Assembly (NCBI GenBank): GCA_963514005.1
Contig: OY740799.1
Span: 48,298,001 to 48,362,000, forward strand
Length of the DNA stretch: 64,000 nucleotides
DNA from: Raja brachyura
Lineage: Eukaryota
Reading direction: 5' to 3'
Below are positions 25,570-38,684 of this stretch, piece after piece. A program made the position numbers and the translations under genes. Every line of letters starts with the position of its first letter. Position 1 is the stretch's first letter. The notes under the pieces are model-generated. The model did no database searches and had not been told where the DNA came from. It saw only the letters and a list, made by a program, of their open reading frames with translations.

Positions 25570-28500
25570 GATAGATGTGAAAGCTGAGATGCATAAGGAA
25601 TTAAAATTATTGTACATGAATGCACGAAGTATAAGGAGTAAGGTGAATGAGCTTGAGGCTCAGTTAGAGGTTAGTAGATATGGCATTGTGGGGATTACTG
25701 AGACGTGGCTGCAGGAGGATCGAGCCTGGGTACTTAGGGTTAGGGTTATATTCTGGGTTATACATCCAATAGAAAGGACAGGCAGGTGGGCAGAGGGGGA
25801 GGGGGTAGTTCTGCTGGTGAGGAATGGAATTCAGTCCCTTGCAAGGGAAGACATAGGGGTAGAGTCACTGGATTGAGCTGAGGAATTGTAAAGGCAAGAA
25901 GATTGGTGTTATCTACAGACCCCCAAATAGTAGCCCAGATGTAGGGTGTAAGTTGCAGCAGGAGTTAAAACTGGAATGTAACTGGCAAGGTAATGCCACT
26001 GTGGTGATGAGGGATTTCAATATGCAGGTATACTGGGAAAATCAGGTTGGTTCAGGACCCGAAGAAAGAGAGTTTTTGTAGAGTGCCTCCGAGATGGATA
26101 CTAAGAGCAACCTGTAATGAAGCCGACCAGAGAAAAGGCAATTCTGGATTTAGTGTTGTCCAATGAACCAGATATGATAAGGGAACTCGAGGAAAAGGAA
26201 CCACTTGGAGGTAGTGATCATAATATGATTCGTTTTAATTTGTAATTTGAGGAGAAGGTTAAATCGGAAATGTCAGTGATGCAGATGAACAAAGGGGACT
26301 GAAGTCATGAGAAAGGAGCTGGCGAAGGTAGACTGGAAAGGGATCCTAGCAGGAATGACAGTGGAACAGGAATGGCAGGAATTTCTGGGCATAATCCAGA
26401 AAATACAGGATCATTTCATTTCAAAAAGGAAGAGAAATTATAAGGACAAAGGACACTTACTATCACATACACCAATTGGTGTAATGAAATTTGACTTGCC
26501 ATTGCAGCACACAAATAAAGATAAAACACAACATTAAAGAATTTAACAGTGAACATAAAAACATCCCCCCACAATGGTTCCCACTGTGGGAGAAGGCAGC
26601 AAAGTCCAGTCCCATCCCCAGTTCACCCATAGTCGGGCCTATTGAGGCCTCTGCAGTCGAAGCTATGGCAGCCCGAGGCTTCATGCCCTCTCGTCGGATG
26701 ATGGCGTTCTGCCGTCGGGTGAACACTCTCAGCGGCCCGGAGTCTCTGGAGCGGCCGCTTCCTCCCCGGAGTTCGCAGCTCCCGAAGTCCACGGGCTGCG
26801 CCGGTCAGTGCTCCAACTCTGGCGACCTATTCATGAGATCCCAGGCTCCGCAGTGTTTAAAGCTCAGCGCCGCCCGCGGCTAGAAGCTCCACAGACCGCA
26901 GCTCCGCGATGTTGCAGTCGGCGGTCCCAGCCCTCCGGAGCCCACCGCACGACGACACAAGCAAGGCATCTCCACGATGGCGCCCCAGCACTGTGCCGCC
27001 GCCGAAGCTGAAGTCCCGGCCGGTCCCGGCAGGAAACGCCATTCCAGACTGCCGGTAAGCCACGAGGAAGGGCCGAAGATACGGCCCGGAGAAAAGCCAC
27101 ATCTCCGACCAGGTAGGTACTGAGATAAATTGTTTCCCCCTTCCCCCACCCCCCACGTAAAAACATTAAAAGACCTCCAAAAACAAACACTTTTAACTAA
27201 CTAAAAATTAAAAAAAGAGTAAAAAGACTAACAGCTGCTGGCAGGGCATCCATAATCAACGGCAACCCCTACATTTTTTGAGTAGGTGGCAACTGTGGCT
27301 GACGAGAAGTTCGGGATAGAACAAATCTAAAAGAAAAAATGTATAACACAGCAAAGAGTAGCTGGAAGCCAGAGGATTGGCAAACTTTCATAGAACAACA
27401 GAAGGAAACAAAACGGGCAATACAGGCTGAAAAGATAAAGTACGAGGGGAAGCTGGCCAGGAATATAAAGAATGATAGTAAAAACTTCTTTAGATATGGT
27501 AATGGAAAAAGAATAGCAAAGGCAAATGTGGGTCCCTTGTAGGGTGACATTATTATGGGGAACAACTAATGGCAGAAGTGTTGAACAGGTACTTCGGATC
27601 TGTCTTCACTAAGGAAGATGCAAACAATCTCCCTGAAGTACTGGAGGACAGAGGATCTAAGGGGGTGGATCTAAGTAAATGAAATACATTTTCATTAGGC
27701 GAGAAATAGTATTGGGTAGGCTAATGGGACTGATGGGTGATAAATCCACTGGGCGTGATGGTCTGCATGCCAGGGTCCTCAGGGAGGTGGCTCAAGAAAG
27801 GAGCGAGAGAGAAAACAGGGAATAACAGACCAGTTAGCCTGACTTCGGTGGTGGGAAAGCTGATGGGGTCAATTATTAAAGAGGTAATAATGGGGCATTT
27901 GGACAGATAAATGTGAGGTTATCCACTTTGGAGGCAAAAACAAGGGGGAAGATTATTATCTCAATAAGGCTAGGTTAGGTAAGGGGGAGGTACAGAAAGA
28001 CCTGGGTGTCCTTGTTAACGAGTCCCTGGAAGTTGGCGTGCAGGTACAGCAGGCAGTGAAGAAAGCTAATGCAATGTTGGCCTTCATAACAAGAGGATTT
28101 CAGTATAGGTGTAAAGAGGTTCTTTTGCAGTAGTGTAGGGGTCTGGTAAGAACACATCTGGAGTATTGTGTACAGTTTTGCTCTCCTAATTTGAGGAAGG
28201 ACATCCTTGTGATCGAGGCAGCGCGGTGTAGGTTCATGATCCCTGGGGTGGCGGGATTGTCGTATGAGGAAAGATTGAAAAGACTAGGCTTGTATTCACC
28301 GGAGTTTAGAAGGATGTGGGGGAATCTTATAGTAACATATATAATTATAACTGGACAAGCAAGATGCAGGAAAAATGTTCCCAATGTTGGGCGAGTCCAG
28401 AACCAGGTGCCACAGTCTCCATTGAGAGAGGTACAGAGAGGGTTTTTTGCGGCAACAGTCTTAGAATAAAGGGGAGGCCATTTAAGACTGAGGTGAGAAA

Positions 28501-28752
28501 AAACTTTTTCAACCAGAGAGTTGTGAATTTGTTGAATTCCCTGCCACAGAGGACAGTGGAGACCAAATGACGTGATTGATTTAAGAGAGGGTTAGGTAGA
28601 GCTCTAGGGGCTAGTGGTATCAAGGAATATGGGGAGATGGCAGGCATGGGTTATTGATTGGGGATGATCAACCATGGTCACAATGAATTGCGGTGCTGGC
28701 TCGAAGGGCAGAATGGCCTCCTCCTGCACCTATTTTCTATGTTTCTATGTTT
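25570..28752 (+). mobile_element. Degenerate long CR1 (APE endonuclease plus RT, internally deleted)
   Basis: YMNARSIRSK, GITETWL, later RT pieces, (CTATGTTT)n tail. Confidence 0.85.
26446..27278 (-). mobile_element. GC-rich non-coding retroposon inserted in the CR1
   Basis: Interrupts a continuous CR1 sequence (ATAAGG|GAGTAGG); T-rich leader, GC-rich core and short (TGTCCTT)n tail on the minus strand; no credible ORF. Confidence 0.55.
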
Positions 28753-29051
28753 CATAGAAACATAGAAATTAGGTGCAGGAGTAGGCCATTCGGCCCTTCG
28801 AGCCTGCACCGCCATTCAATATAATCATGGCTGATCATCCAACTCAGTATCCCGTACCTGCCTTCTCTCCATACCCTCTGATCCCCTTAGCTACAAGGGC
28901 CACATCTAACACCCTCTTAAATATAGCCAATGAACTGGCCTCAACTACCCTCTGTGGCAGAGAGTTCCAGAGACCCACCACTCTCTGTGTGAAAAAAGTC
29001 CTTCTCATCTCGGTCCTAAAGGATTTCTCCCTTATCCTTAAGCTGTGACCC
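28753..29051 (-). mobile_element. CR1 3' end, tail-to-tail with the previous CR1
   Basis: catagaaacatagaaa tail; FFTQRVV...GYGEKAG coding end. Confidence 0.85.
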
Positions 29052-29620
29052 GGTGACCTGTAGACCGACGGCAGTTGTTTGACACACATCTTGAGAGAAG
29101 AGGGGGAAACATTGTCAGGTCCTGAAGATTTCCGGCTTTTCTCTCTTCTGGAAAGTCTCTCCACCTCCTCTATGTTTATTGTTGATGAAGTGATGTTGTT
29201 CAGCAAGGAAGGTGTGGGTAATTTGGTGTGAAGTGGTGATTGGAGGGGGGTGGGTGTAGAAGGCACAGCCTTCGCAGACTGAGGTCAGGCTGTGAGTGGG
29301 TGTGAAGTGGTGATCGGAGGGGGGTGGGTGTAGAAGGGCCCAGCCTTTGCACACTGAAGTCAGGCTGTGAGTGTGTGTGAAGTGTTAGTTGGGGTGGGAA
29401 TATGGTCCAGTCTTTTCATACTGGAGTCTTGCCTTAAGGAGGTTTGAAGTGGTGAATGGGAAGGAGAGGGTGCAGGATCCATTCTGTGCAGGCTTGGGTC
29501 TGTCTGTCTTGGTTGGGGAGGGTGGGAGGGGGGTACCAGGCTTACGTTTCTGATTTTCAAACCTGCAGTAAAACTCATTCAGGTCGTATACAACCTGTAG
29601 ATTACAACCTAGCAGTTTGA
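29052..29620 (-). mobile_element. Rex1/Babar-type fragment with an internal ~75-bp tandem duplication
   Basis: DLNEFYCRFE, KSSGPDNVSP motifs; duplicated GTGTGAAGTGGTGAT...GTCAGGCTGTGAGTG at ~29227-29385. Confidence 0.6.
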
Positions 29621-30060
29621 AAAATGAATTCTCCAATTTTGAATAATGCCCCGTACTCCTAGAGCCTTCACAGTGAATGGCAGGGCCCCTGGAGGGTGAT
29701 GTAGAGCAGATGAATCAAGGAGTACATAGTTCCCTGGAAGTCAATAAATTCAGTGTAGAGTTTGGGATGTTGTTTTACAGTTGTACAAGATGTTGGTAAG
29801 GCCACATCTGGAATACTGTGTTCTGTTTTGGTTATGATTTTGTACACCTCGATAAGATCATTCCTCATCCTTCTGTGTTCCAAGGAATAAAGTCGTTGCC
29901 TGCTCAACCCCTCTCTGTAGGTCAGGCCCTCGAGTCCTGCCAACATGCTCCAAAGATCTTCTCTGCATCCTTTCCAGCTTGACGAAATCTTTCCTTAATG
30001 TAGATCATTAATACCTCCAATGGTTCACAGGAATGCGATTCTGAAAGCTTGCCATAGGGA

Positions 30061-30745
30061 TTCAATTCACTCAATTTAATTCAATCTTTAATTGTCATTG
30101 TGCAGTGTATAGTACAGGGACAACGAAATACAGTTAGCATCTCCCCAGAAGAGTGAACTTAGAATAATGAACTGTAAAATATATATATGTACAAACAGTG
30201 TCAGTTGTGCAATTCTACTGGGGGAAGGAGTGTCCGGGGGGGGGGGGGGGGGGGGGGTGACTGGCAATCACCGAGGTGCAGAGTGAAGTATTGTAACAGC
30301 CGCAGGGAAGAAGCTGTTCCTGAACCTGCTGGTCCGGCAACGGAGGGACCTGTAGCGCCTCCCGGATGTGAGGAGGGTAAACAGTCTGTGGCTGGGGGTG
30401 AGAGCAATCCTTGACGATGCTGCGCGCCCTTCGCAGACATCACTTGCTTTGGACAGACTCAATGGAGGGGAGTGAGGAACCGGTGATGCGTTGAGCAGTT
30501 TTCACCACCCTCTGCAGTGCTTTCCAGTCGGAGACAGAGCAGTTGCCATAACATACTGTGATACAGTTGGTAACGATGCTCTCGATGGTGCAGCGGTAGA
30601 AGTTCACCTGAATCTGAGGAGACAGATGGACCTTCTTTAGTCTCCTCAGGAAGAAGAGGCGCTGGTGAGCCTTCTTGACCAGTGTAGAGGTATTGTGGGT
30701 CCAAGAGAGGTCATCAAAGATGTACGTATAACGCTGCAGACAAAG
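30061..30745 (-). mobile_element. Rex1/Babar LINE 3' part
   Basis: KKAHQRLFFLRRLKK, FYRCTIES, SGRRYRSL...RFRNSFFP; (TTGAA)n tail; same family as 59750-61050. Confidence 0.85.
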
Positions 30746-31434
30746 AACCTGGGAGTGTTTTTTTTCCATTTTGCTTGTATTGTCCAGCTCAAAATGCCCA
30801 TTTCGAAATCCCGTTTCCCCTATCAACTCCCTCCAACATCATCTCTGTAACTGAGGAAAGAGTCATTTTACCCACTTGTCATACACAAGCATCTCTTACT
30901 GTCTCTTTGTGTCTCTTTGAGCACGTCTAACGTGTTAATTATTTCCTGCGATCCCTGAATTCATTTTAGATTCCCGTTATTGGCATAGTTTTTGAAAATA
31001 CATTTCTAAAAGCACCACTTTGCATGCTAAACATTCTCCGCTGGCATCCACACACCACTCCGACGATGGTTTGATAAAGTCTCATTCAGTTGCTGTTGGG
31101 AATTGAATGAGACAGATGAACCAAGGTAGAACTGCATTTAGTAATAAATGACACATTTAGCAGGAGACAACCATGGACATCAGAAATAACACGGATCCGA
31201 GAGGGCGAATGGCTTGATCTTGTGTTGTGGTGTTTGAAGTTATTCCTACAAATCTTCTGCCGTGCACAGGAGAGACGCACATTCGGGTGTATATGTCTGT
31301 ACAAAGAGACAAGTCACAAAAGGGGAATGCAATGCCGTTAATACTGTCTGTTGGCAGTTTACTCACGTACGAATATTAGCTTTTAATCGCTTTAACCGTC
31401 TTGTATAATAAACGCCATTTGAATTGTTCCGTAG

Positions 31435-31826
31435 GTCAACATCTGCTGACACCGTCCGTCTCAGTCCTTCTGCCGCCGACAGAAGAAATCTCCGCGCACA
31501 ACACTATCACCCTCACCTGCTTTGTGAGAGGATTCTCCCCTCGCAGGATCTTCGTCACGTGGACAGTTGATGACAAGCGGGTGGATGGGAGCAAGTACCG
31601 GAACACCGGGGTGGTGGCGGAGAACGGCAATGAAACCTTCTTCACGTACAGCCTGTTATCCGTTGGGGCAGCGGAGTGGGCTAGCGGAGCCTCCTTCTCC
31701 TGTCTGGTGGGGCACGAAGCACTCCCCATGAAGACCATCGTCAGAACGGTCAATAAGTCCAGCGGTAAACCCAGTTTTGTGAATATTTCCCTTGTATTGA
31801 TGGACACTGTCAATTCCTGTCAATGA
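31435..31826 (+). CDS. ighm: Immunoglobulin mu heavy chain CH4 exon with secretory tailpiece
   Basis: Acceptor ttgttccgtag (phase 1); C1-set domain [11 protein letters not shown]...W...[18 protein letters not shown]; shark IgM-type tail [19 protein letters not shown]; internal donor AGCG|GTAAAC after 31764. Confidence 0.92.
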
Positions 31827-31835
31827 GAATGAGTT

Positions 31836-32258
31836 AACATAGACATAGAAACATAGAAAATAGGTGCAGGAGTAGGCCATTCGGCCCTTCGAGCCTGCAC
31901 CGCCATTCAATGTGATCATGGCTGATCATCCAACTCAGTATCCCGTACCTGCCTTCTCTCCATACCCCCTGATCCCTTTAGCCACAAGTGCCACATCTAA
32001 CGCCCTCTTAAATATAGCCAATGAACTGGCCTCAACTACTCTCTGTGGCAGAGAATTCCAGAGACTCACCACTCTCTGTGTAAAGAATGTTTTCCTCATT
32101 TCGGTCCTAAAGGAATTCCCCCTTATCCTTAGACTGTGACCCCTTGTTCTGGACTCTCCCAACATCGGGACAATCTTCCAGCATCTAGCTTGTCCAACCC
32201 CTTAAGAATTTTGTAAGTTTCTATAAGATCCCCCCTCAATCTTCTAAATTCCAGCGAA
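31836..32258 (-). mobile_element. Young CR1 (family B) 3' fragment in the IgM secretory 3' UTR
   Basis: Near-identical to 4912-5320; AATAAA signals follow at ~32288 and ~32298. Confidence 0.9.
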
Positions 32259-33375
32259 TTTAGACAGTTAGTTTCAATTTTCTCTGAAATAAATACTAAT
32301 AAATACCTTTAACTTCCAATCTTGAGCTGAACACATGGCCGCCAGATTAATTATATGGAACATTTTGCCAACACGATGATTATATACATTATCGTTGATA
32401 CTTGGTGACAATTCACGGAAAACGGATGCAGACTGCACAGTAACATCGCGGTTTTGGAGATAAGTCACAGCTGCACCACTGCACGAATCGCGGACACACT
32501 TCAACATTATTGCTCTTGCTGGGGAGATATGGGTCCATGTCTTTGGATCTCTGTTTCCCTCCTTCTGTTTCCAATCCATTCAGACCTGAGGCAGGATTTG
32601 AGACGTCGCGCGTTGTAGGGCATGCCGCTCCGAGAAAAAAAAGTAGCAACTCACCCTCTTCCTCCCGCAAGAAGGGAACGTGCAATTTGCCGAGCGTCTG
32701 TCACGCATATTTCTGCACACATTTTTATTTCCACATATAGATTGAAATGCGCATGCACTGTCTTATTATGTGAACGCCCATCTGCACAATCACATGAAAC
32801 GTTTACACAGTGCCATGTACTCAACACAATGCACGAGAATTAACAACATAAACACCCACACACACACACACACAAGCCGATATCAATGCAATGAAAGCAA
32901 CATAATTCCAAGTACAACTAAGTGCAACTTAAAGAACAAGAATAAAGTGTCACCAGAATAGTGAACACTATTATTCCCATGAAGGAGTGGGCGATTTAAT
33001 TTCGGGTCTAGAATACTGTGGCGCTCAGTTAATAAACAGGCATCACCCCTGATAATGTGAGCAGGCGATTGATGGGATAACCGCCATGAGCGGCTGGTGA
33101 GAACACGAACTTCAAGCCCAATATCAGACGCGGCGGGAGATTTATTAGCACACGGCTCGAGCGTTAGACAAGGGCCAATCCGTTTCCAGCTCTCCCCCCC
33201 CCCAGATGTACACGTGGCATACTAATCACAACACATCAGCCAGCGCACGAAAATAAAATAATGTATGGGTCGCATAGAAACATACATAAAACGCAATTAA
33301 CGTCATATATACACCACATCACATGGACATCCACCTAAACAGACCAGCAATCAAACATTCTGTGAAATGCAAAAT

Positions 33376-35570
33376 ATAGAAACATAGAAACATAGAAAAT
33401 AGGTGCAGGAGTAGGCCATTCGGCCCTTCGAGCCTGCACCGCCATTCAATGTGATCATGGCTGATCATCCAACTCAGTATCCCGTACCTGCCTTCTCTCC
33501 ATACCCCCTGATCCCTTTAGCCACAAGTGCCACATCTAACGCCCTCTTAAATATAGCCAATGAACTGGCCTCAACTACCTTCTGTGGCAGAGAATTCCAG
33601 AGACTCACGACTCTCTGTGTAAAGAATGTTTTCCTCATTTCGGTCCTAAAGGAATTCCCCCTTATCCTTAGACTGTAACCCCTTGTTCTGGACTCCCCCA
33701 ACATCGGCAACAATCTTCCAGCATCTAGCTTGTCCAACCCCTTAAGAATTTTGTAAGTTTCTATAAGATCCCCCCTCAATCTTCTAAATTCCAGCGAGTA
33801 CAAGCCGAGTCTATCCAATCTTTCCTCATATGAAAGTCCTGACATCCCAGGAATCAGTCTGGTGAATCTTCTCTGTACCCCCTCTATGGCAAGGATGTCT
33901 TTCCTCAGATTTGGAGACCAAAACTGTACGCAATACTCCAGGTGTGGCCTCACCAAAACCCTGTACAACTGCAGTAGAACCTCCCTGCTCCTACACTCAA
34001 ATCCTTTCGCTATGAATGCTAACATACCATTTGCTTTCTTCACTGCCTGCTGCACCTGCATGCCTACTTTCAATGACTGGTGTACCATGACACCCAGGTC
34101 TCGTTGCATCTCCCCCTTTCCTAATCTGCCACCATTCAGATAATAGTCTACCCTCATGTTTTTGCCACCAAAGTGGATAACCTCACATTTATCCACATTA
34201 TACTGCATCTGCCATGCATCTGCCCATTCACTCAGCCTATCCAAATCACCCTGCAGCCTCCAAGCATCCTCCTCACACCTAACTATACCCCCCAGCTTGG
34301 TATCATCTGCAAATTTGGAGATGTTGCATTGAATTCCCTCGTCCAAATCATTAATATATATTGTAAATAGCTGGGGTCCCAGCACTGAGCCTTGCGGCAC
34401 CCCACTAGTCACTGCCTGCCATTCTGAAAAGGACCCGTTTACTCCTACCCTTTGCCTCCTGTCTGCTAGCCAGTTCTCTATCCACATCAATACTGAACCC
34501 CCAATACCGTGTGCTTTAAGTTTGTATGCTAATCTCTTATGCGGGACCTTGTCGAAAGCCTTCTGAAAGTCTAGATATAACACATCCACTGGTTCTCCCT
34601 TATCCACTCTACTAGTTACATCTTCAAAAAATTCTATCAGATTTGTCAGACATGATTTACCTTTCGTAAATCCATGCTGACTTTGTCCAATGATTTCACC
34701 ACTTTCCAAATGCGCTGCTATCCCATCTTTAATAACTGACTCTAGCAGTTTCCCCACTACCGATGTTAGACTAACTGGTCTGTAATTCCCCGCTTTCTCT
34801 CTCCCTCCTTTTTTAAAAAGTGGGGTTACATTAGCTACCCTCCAATCCTCAGGAACTATTCCAGAATCTAAGGAATTTTGAAAAATTATCACTAATGCAT
34901 CCACTATTTCTGTGGCTACCTCCTTGAGTACTCTGGGATGCAGACTATCTGGCCCTGGGGATTTATCGGCCTTCAATCCGTTCAATTTACCCAACACCAC
35001 TTCCCGGCTAACCTGGATTTCACTCAGTTCCTCCATCTTATTTGACCCCCGTTCCACTGCTATTTCCGGCAGATTATTTATGTCTTCCTTAGTGAAGACA
35101 GAACCAAAGTAGTTATTCAATTGGTCTGCAATGTCCTTGTTCCCCATGATCAATTCACCTGTTTCTGACTGCAAGGGACCAACATTTGTTTTAACTAGTC
35201 TCTTTCTCTTCACATATCTATAAAAACGTTTGCAGTCAGTTTTTATGTTCCCTGCCAGTTTCCTTTCATAATCTATTTTCCCTTTCCTAATTAAGCCCTT
35301 TGTCCTCCTCTGCTGGATTCTGAATTTCTCCCAGTCCTCCGGTAGGCTGCTTTTTCTGGCAAATTTGTATGCCTCATCTTTTGTTTTTATACTATCCCTG
35401 ATTTCCCTTGTTATCCATGGATGCACCACCTTCCCCGATTTATTCTTTTGCCAAACTGGTATGAACAACTTTTGTACTTCATCCATGCAGTCTTTAAATA
35501 CCTTCCATTGCACATCCACTGTCAACCCTTTAAGAATCACCTGCCAGTCTTTCTTGGCCAATTCACATCT
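33376..35570 (-). mobile_element. Young CR1 (family B), 5'-truncated, with uninterrupted 695-aa RT ORF
   Basis: ORF 33474-35561 with KSPGPD, NYRPVSLTS, QHGF, DFQKAFD, FADDTK; short tandem duplication at the 5' junction (~35547-35603). Confidence 0.95.
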
Positions 35571-35819
35571 CAGTCTTCCTTGGCCAATTCACATATTAGG
35601 AACGGTTATCTAAAAGCGCATATTTGCACAATAAATAAAACACATTAATACAACACAAATACATTTAGGCGCTCACTTTAATACCAATGGACTTTCACAG
35701 CAAATATCCCGTGACAATACACGTTAGCAAGTATATTGACTAATTTAATACTTTTCTTCTTCACACATGCTGATTGATGTTGAAGTAGATTTTCTACATG
35801 AACGCATGCATTATATGTG

Positions 35820-36050
35820 CTCGCACGCACACACACACACACAATGACACACACACTGACACACACACACAGGCACACGTACACACATGCACACCCACGC
35901 ACATACACGCACACACACAGGCACAAATACACACACGCACACAGACACACAGGCACACATGCACACGCGCACACATACACACACACATACACACACATAT
36001 ATACACATGGACGCACGCACACACGCACGCACACACGCACACACGCACAC
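35820..36050. repeat. Imperfect (CA)n microsatellite
   Basis: Direct inspection. Confidence 0.95.
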
Positions 36051-36771
36051 AACCATGAACCAATACGAAAACCATGTTGGATTTAAGCAAAGTTATACTT
36101 ATTCATACACGTCTACCCAGTTACAGGCAAATGGAAGGGCAATTCAGGTCATTTAACCAGTAGTTTTCCACGCGTTCCAAAAGACTAAGTGTAACCGTTG
36201 ATTAATTCTTGCTCCATATTTTACACTAGGAAAAATATTGCCTATAAAATGGTTTAACGCTATTTTTGTACAGGAGCCTTCCTCCATTACCTATCCGAAA
36301 ACATGATACATCAGACAACAGGGTTCTAATGTGGGAATTATGGCAAATTATTGGGAGCCAATGTTTTCATTCAGTGAGTTCCTTCGCCGAGCTCCGGTCA
36401 CCATCTCTAAATAAAGGTTTACCTGATAACATTGTAAGCAATAACCAGCTTCAATGTTTATACCATTCCGGTTAGTAAATTATATTAATGGGAAGCGGAC
36501 GTTTATGGGATGAACAATGAATCCCAGAAATATCCATACATATGGCTTTCTCTAAAACTATTCATAAACGGTTCTTTATTAGCTGCTGTGGCTACAATTG
36601 GCCATGATTTTGTGTATATTTTTTGAGGGTGCTTACCTCAACGTAAAAACAGTTCATAGTAAATTCATATCCCCAATATTGATATTCGTATTATTTTGGT
36701 AAGTAATACATAACATACAATGTTGTATATTAGAAAACATTGTGAATGTCTTCACGTTCTGCTTTCTGTAG

Positions 36772-36899
36772 ATTACGCCGACGACGTTGGTCTTGAGGAT
36801 TATGAGGAAGACAAAGACAACATCTGGACAACCGCTTCTACATTCATTATCCTGTTCTTCCTGAGCATTTCCTACTGCGCTACCTTAACTCTGGTGAAG
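36772..36899 (+). CDS. ighm: IgM transmembrane exon TM1
   Basis: Acceptor ttctgtag, phase matches the CH4 internal donor; DYADDVGLEDYEEDKDNIWTTASTFIILFFLSISYCATLTLVK; donor AAG|gtgagt. Confidence 0.92.
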
Positions 36900-37020
36900 G
36901 TGAGTTCATTCCACTTACTTTTCCACCTGATTGAAGAGTACGGCACAATATATTTGAAGGTCCTGGCATCTTAATCACAGACTGCTAATACACTTTCATG
37001 CTCTCTTCCTCTCTTCACAG

Positions 37021-37029
37021 GTCAAGTGA
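37021..37029 (+). CDS. ighm: IgM TM2 exon (VK*)
   Basis: Polypyrimidine tract plus cacag then GTC AAG TGA, giving the KVK tail; AATAAA at 37228-37233. Confidence 0.9.
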   Translation, partial: VK

Positions 37030-37504
37030 CGATTGAATGTTGAAAATCGCGTATTTTTCAGACCGGTCTATGGACGATATCCGTTGTACCCAAGGGAAAC
37101 GTTCCAATCTGAAGCGGACAATATAATAAGCAATAGTTCATTCTGTCGATCTGACTTGTTTGATATTGCCTTTAGTACAGCGTTAATGTATCAAACTATT
37201 TTAATCCTAATTCGAATATCATGTGAAAATAAATTGATTTCCTCAAACGGTATACATGTTTGTGTTTATATTTATCCTCTTTTCTATACATTCTCTTTTT
37301 CTTTACATGGGCCATATTCGTGTCATTCCGGCGTTGAATGCCGCTGTATAGAATGTCAGGATCGGTGTATGCATGAGATCGTAAACTTCATGTTAAATTC
37401 AGACAATCTATGCCTCCCATTATTCTAAAAAACTTCTATCGGGTCTCCCTTCAACCTCCAATACTCCAAAGAAAACAATCCATCTTTAGCTAACCACATA
37501 CTCA

Positions 37505-38425
37505 AGCATTGAAAATAGTTGCAGGAGGAGACCATTCGGCCCTACGAGCCAGCACCACCATTCATTCTGATCATGGCTGATCGTCCCAAATCAATAACTC
37601 GTGCCTGCTTTCTCCCCATATCCCTTGATTCCAATAGCCCATAGAGCTCTATCTAACTCTCTCTTAAACCCATCCAGTGATTTGTCCTCCACTGCCCTCT
37701 GTGGCAGGGAATTCCACAAATTCACAACTCTCTGGGTGAAAACGGTTTCTCCCACCTCAGACTTAAATGGCATCCCCTTTATTCTAAGACTGTGGCCCCT
37801 GGTTCTGGACTAGACCAAAATTGGGAACATTTTTCCTGCATCATACTTGTCCAGTCCTTTTATAATTTTATATGTTTCTACAAGATCCCCCCTCATTCTT
37901 CTAAACTCCAGTGAATGTAAGACTAGTCATTTCAATCTTTCCTCATATGACAGTCCCGTCATCCCAGGGATCAATCTCGTGAACCTCCGCTGCACTTCCT
38001 CAATCACAAGGATGTCCTTCCTCAAATTAGGAGACCAAAACTGTACAGAATGTTCCAGATGTGGTCTTACCAAAGCCCTATACAGGTGCAGTAGAACCTC
38101 TTTACTCCTATACTGAAATCCTCTTGTTATAAAGGCCAACATTGCATTAGCTCTCCTCACTGCCTGCTGTAACTGCACGCCAACTTTCAGTGACCGGTGT
38201 ACAAGGACACCCAGGTCTCGCTGCACCTCCCCCTTGCCTAACCTAACCCCATTGAGATAATAATATGCCCCCTTGTTTTTGCCGCTGAAGTGGATAACCT
38301 CACATTTATCTATATCATACTGCATGTGCCACGCACCTGCCCACTCACTCAACCTGTCCAGGTCACCCTGCAACCTTGTAGCATCCACCTCACAGTTCAC
38401 ACTGCAGCCCAGCTTTGTGTCATCC
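37505..38425 (-). mobile_element. Degenerate CR1
   Basis: ORF 37927-38427 (DDTKLG, RPHLE, VQFWSP). Confidence 0.85.
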
Positions 38426-38684
38426 ACTTCTTATAGCTAACAACTCGAACCCCTGCGGCATTTTAATAAACCTCTTCTGCATCTTCTCCAAAGCCTCCAC
38501 ATTTTTCCTTCGAAGGGATGACCTGACCTCCACACTATACTCCAAGTGCGGCCTAACCGAAGCCCTGTAAATAAAATGTAATGTAAATGCATGTGTAAAT
38601 ACATATCCGAAAATCCAAATGCGCGCGCAGATTCCGCATATGAGCAAATATCTATTTATTCCTTTTCTGCACAATTGTCCTCCC

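Noticed and set aside
31435-31826. Assignment to IgW or IgNAR
   Set aside because: [18 protein letters not shown] and [16 protein letters not shown] match recalled shark IgM CH4 better.
35678-36156. Cys/Val- and His/Thr-rich ORFs (also at 52.1-52.3 kb and 56.5-57.5 kb)
   Set aside because: Translations of (CA)n/(GT)n microsatellites.
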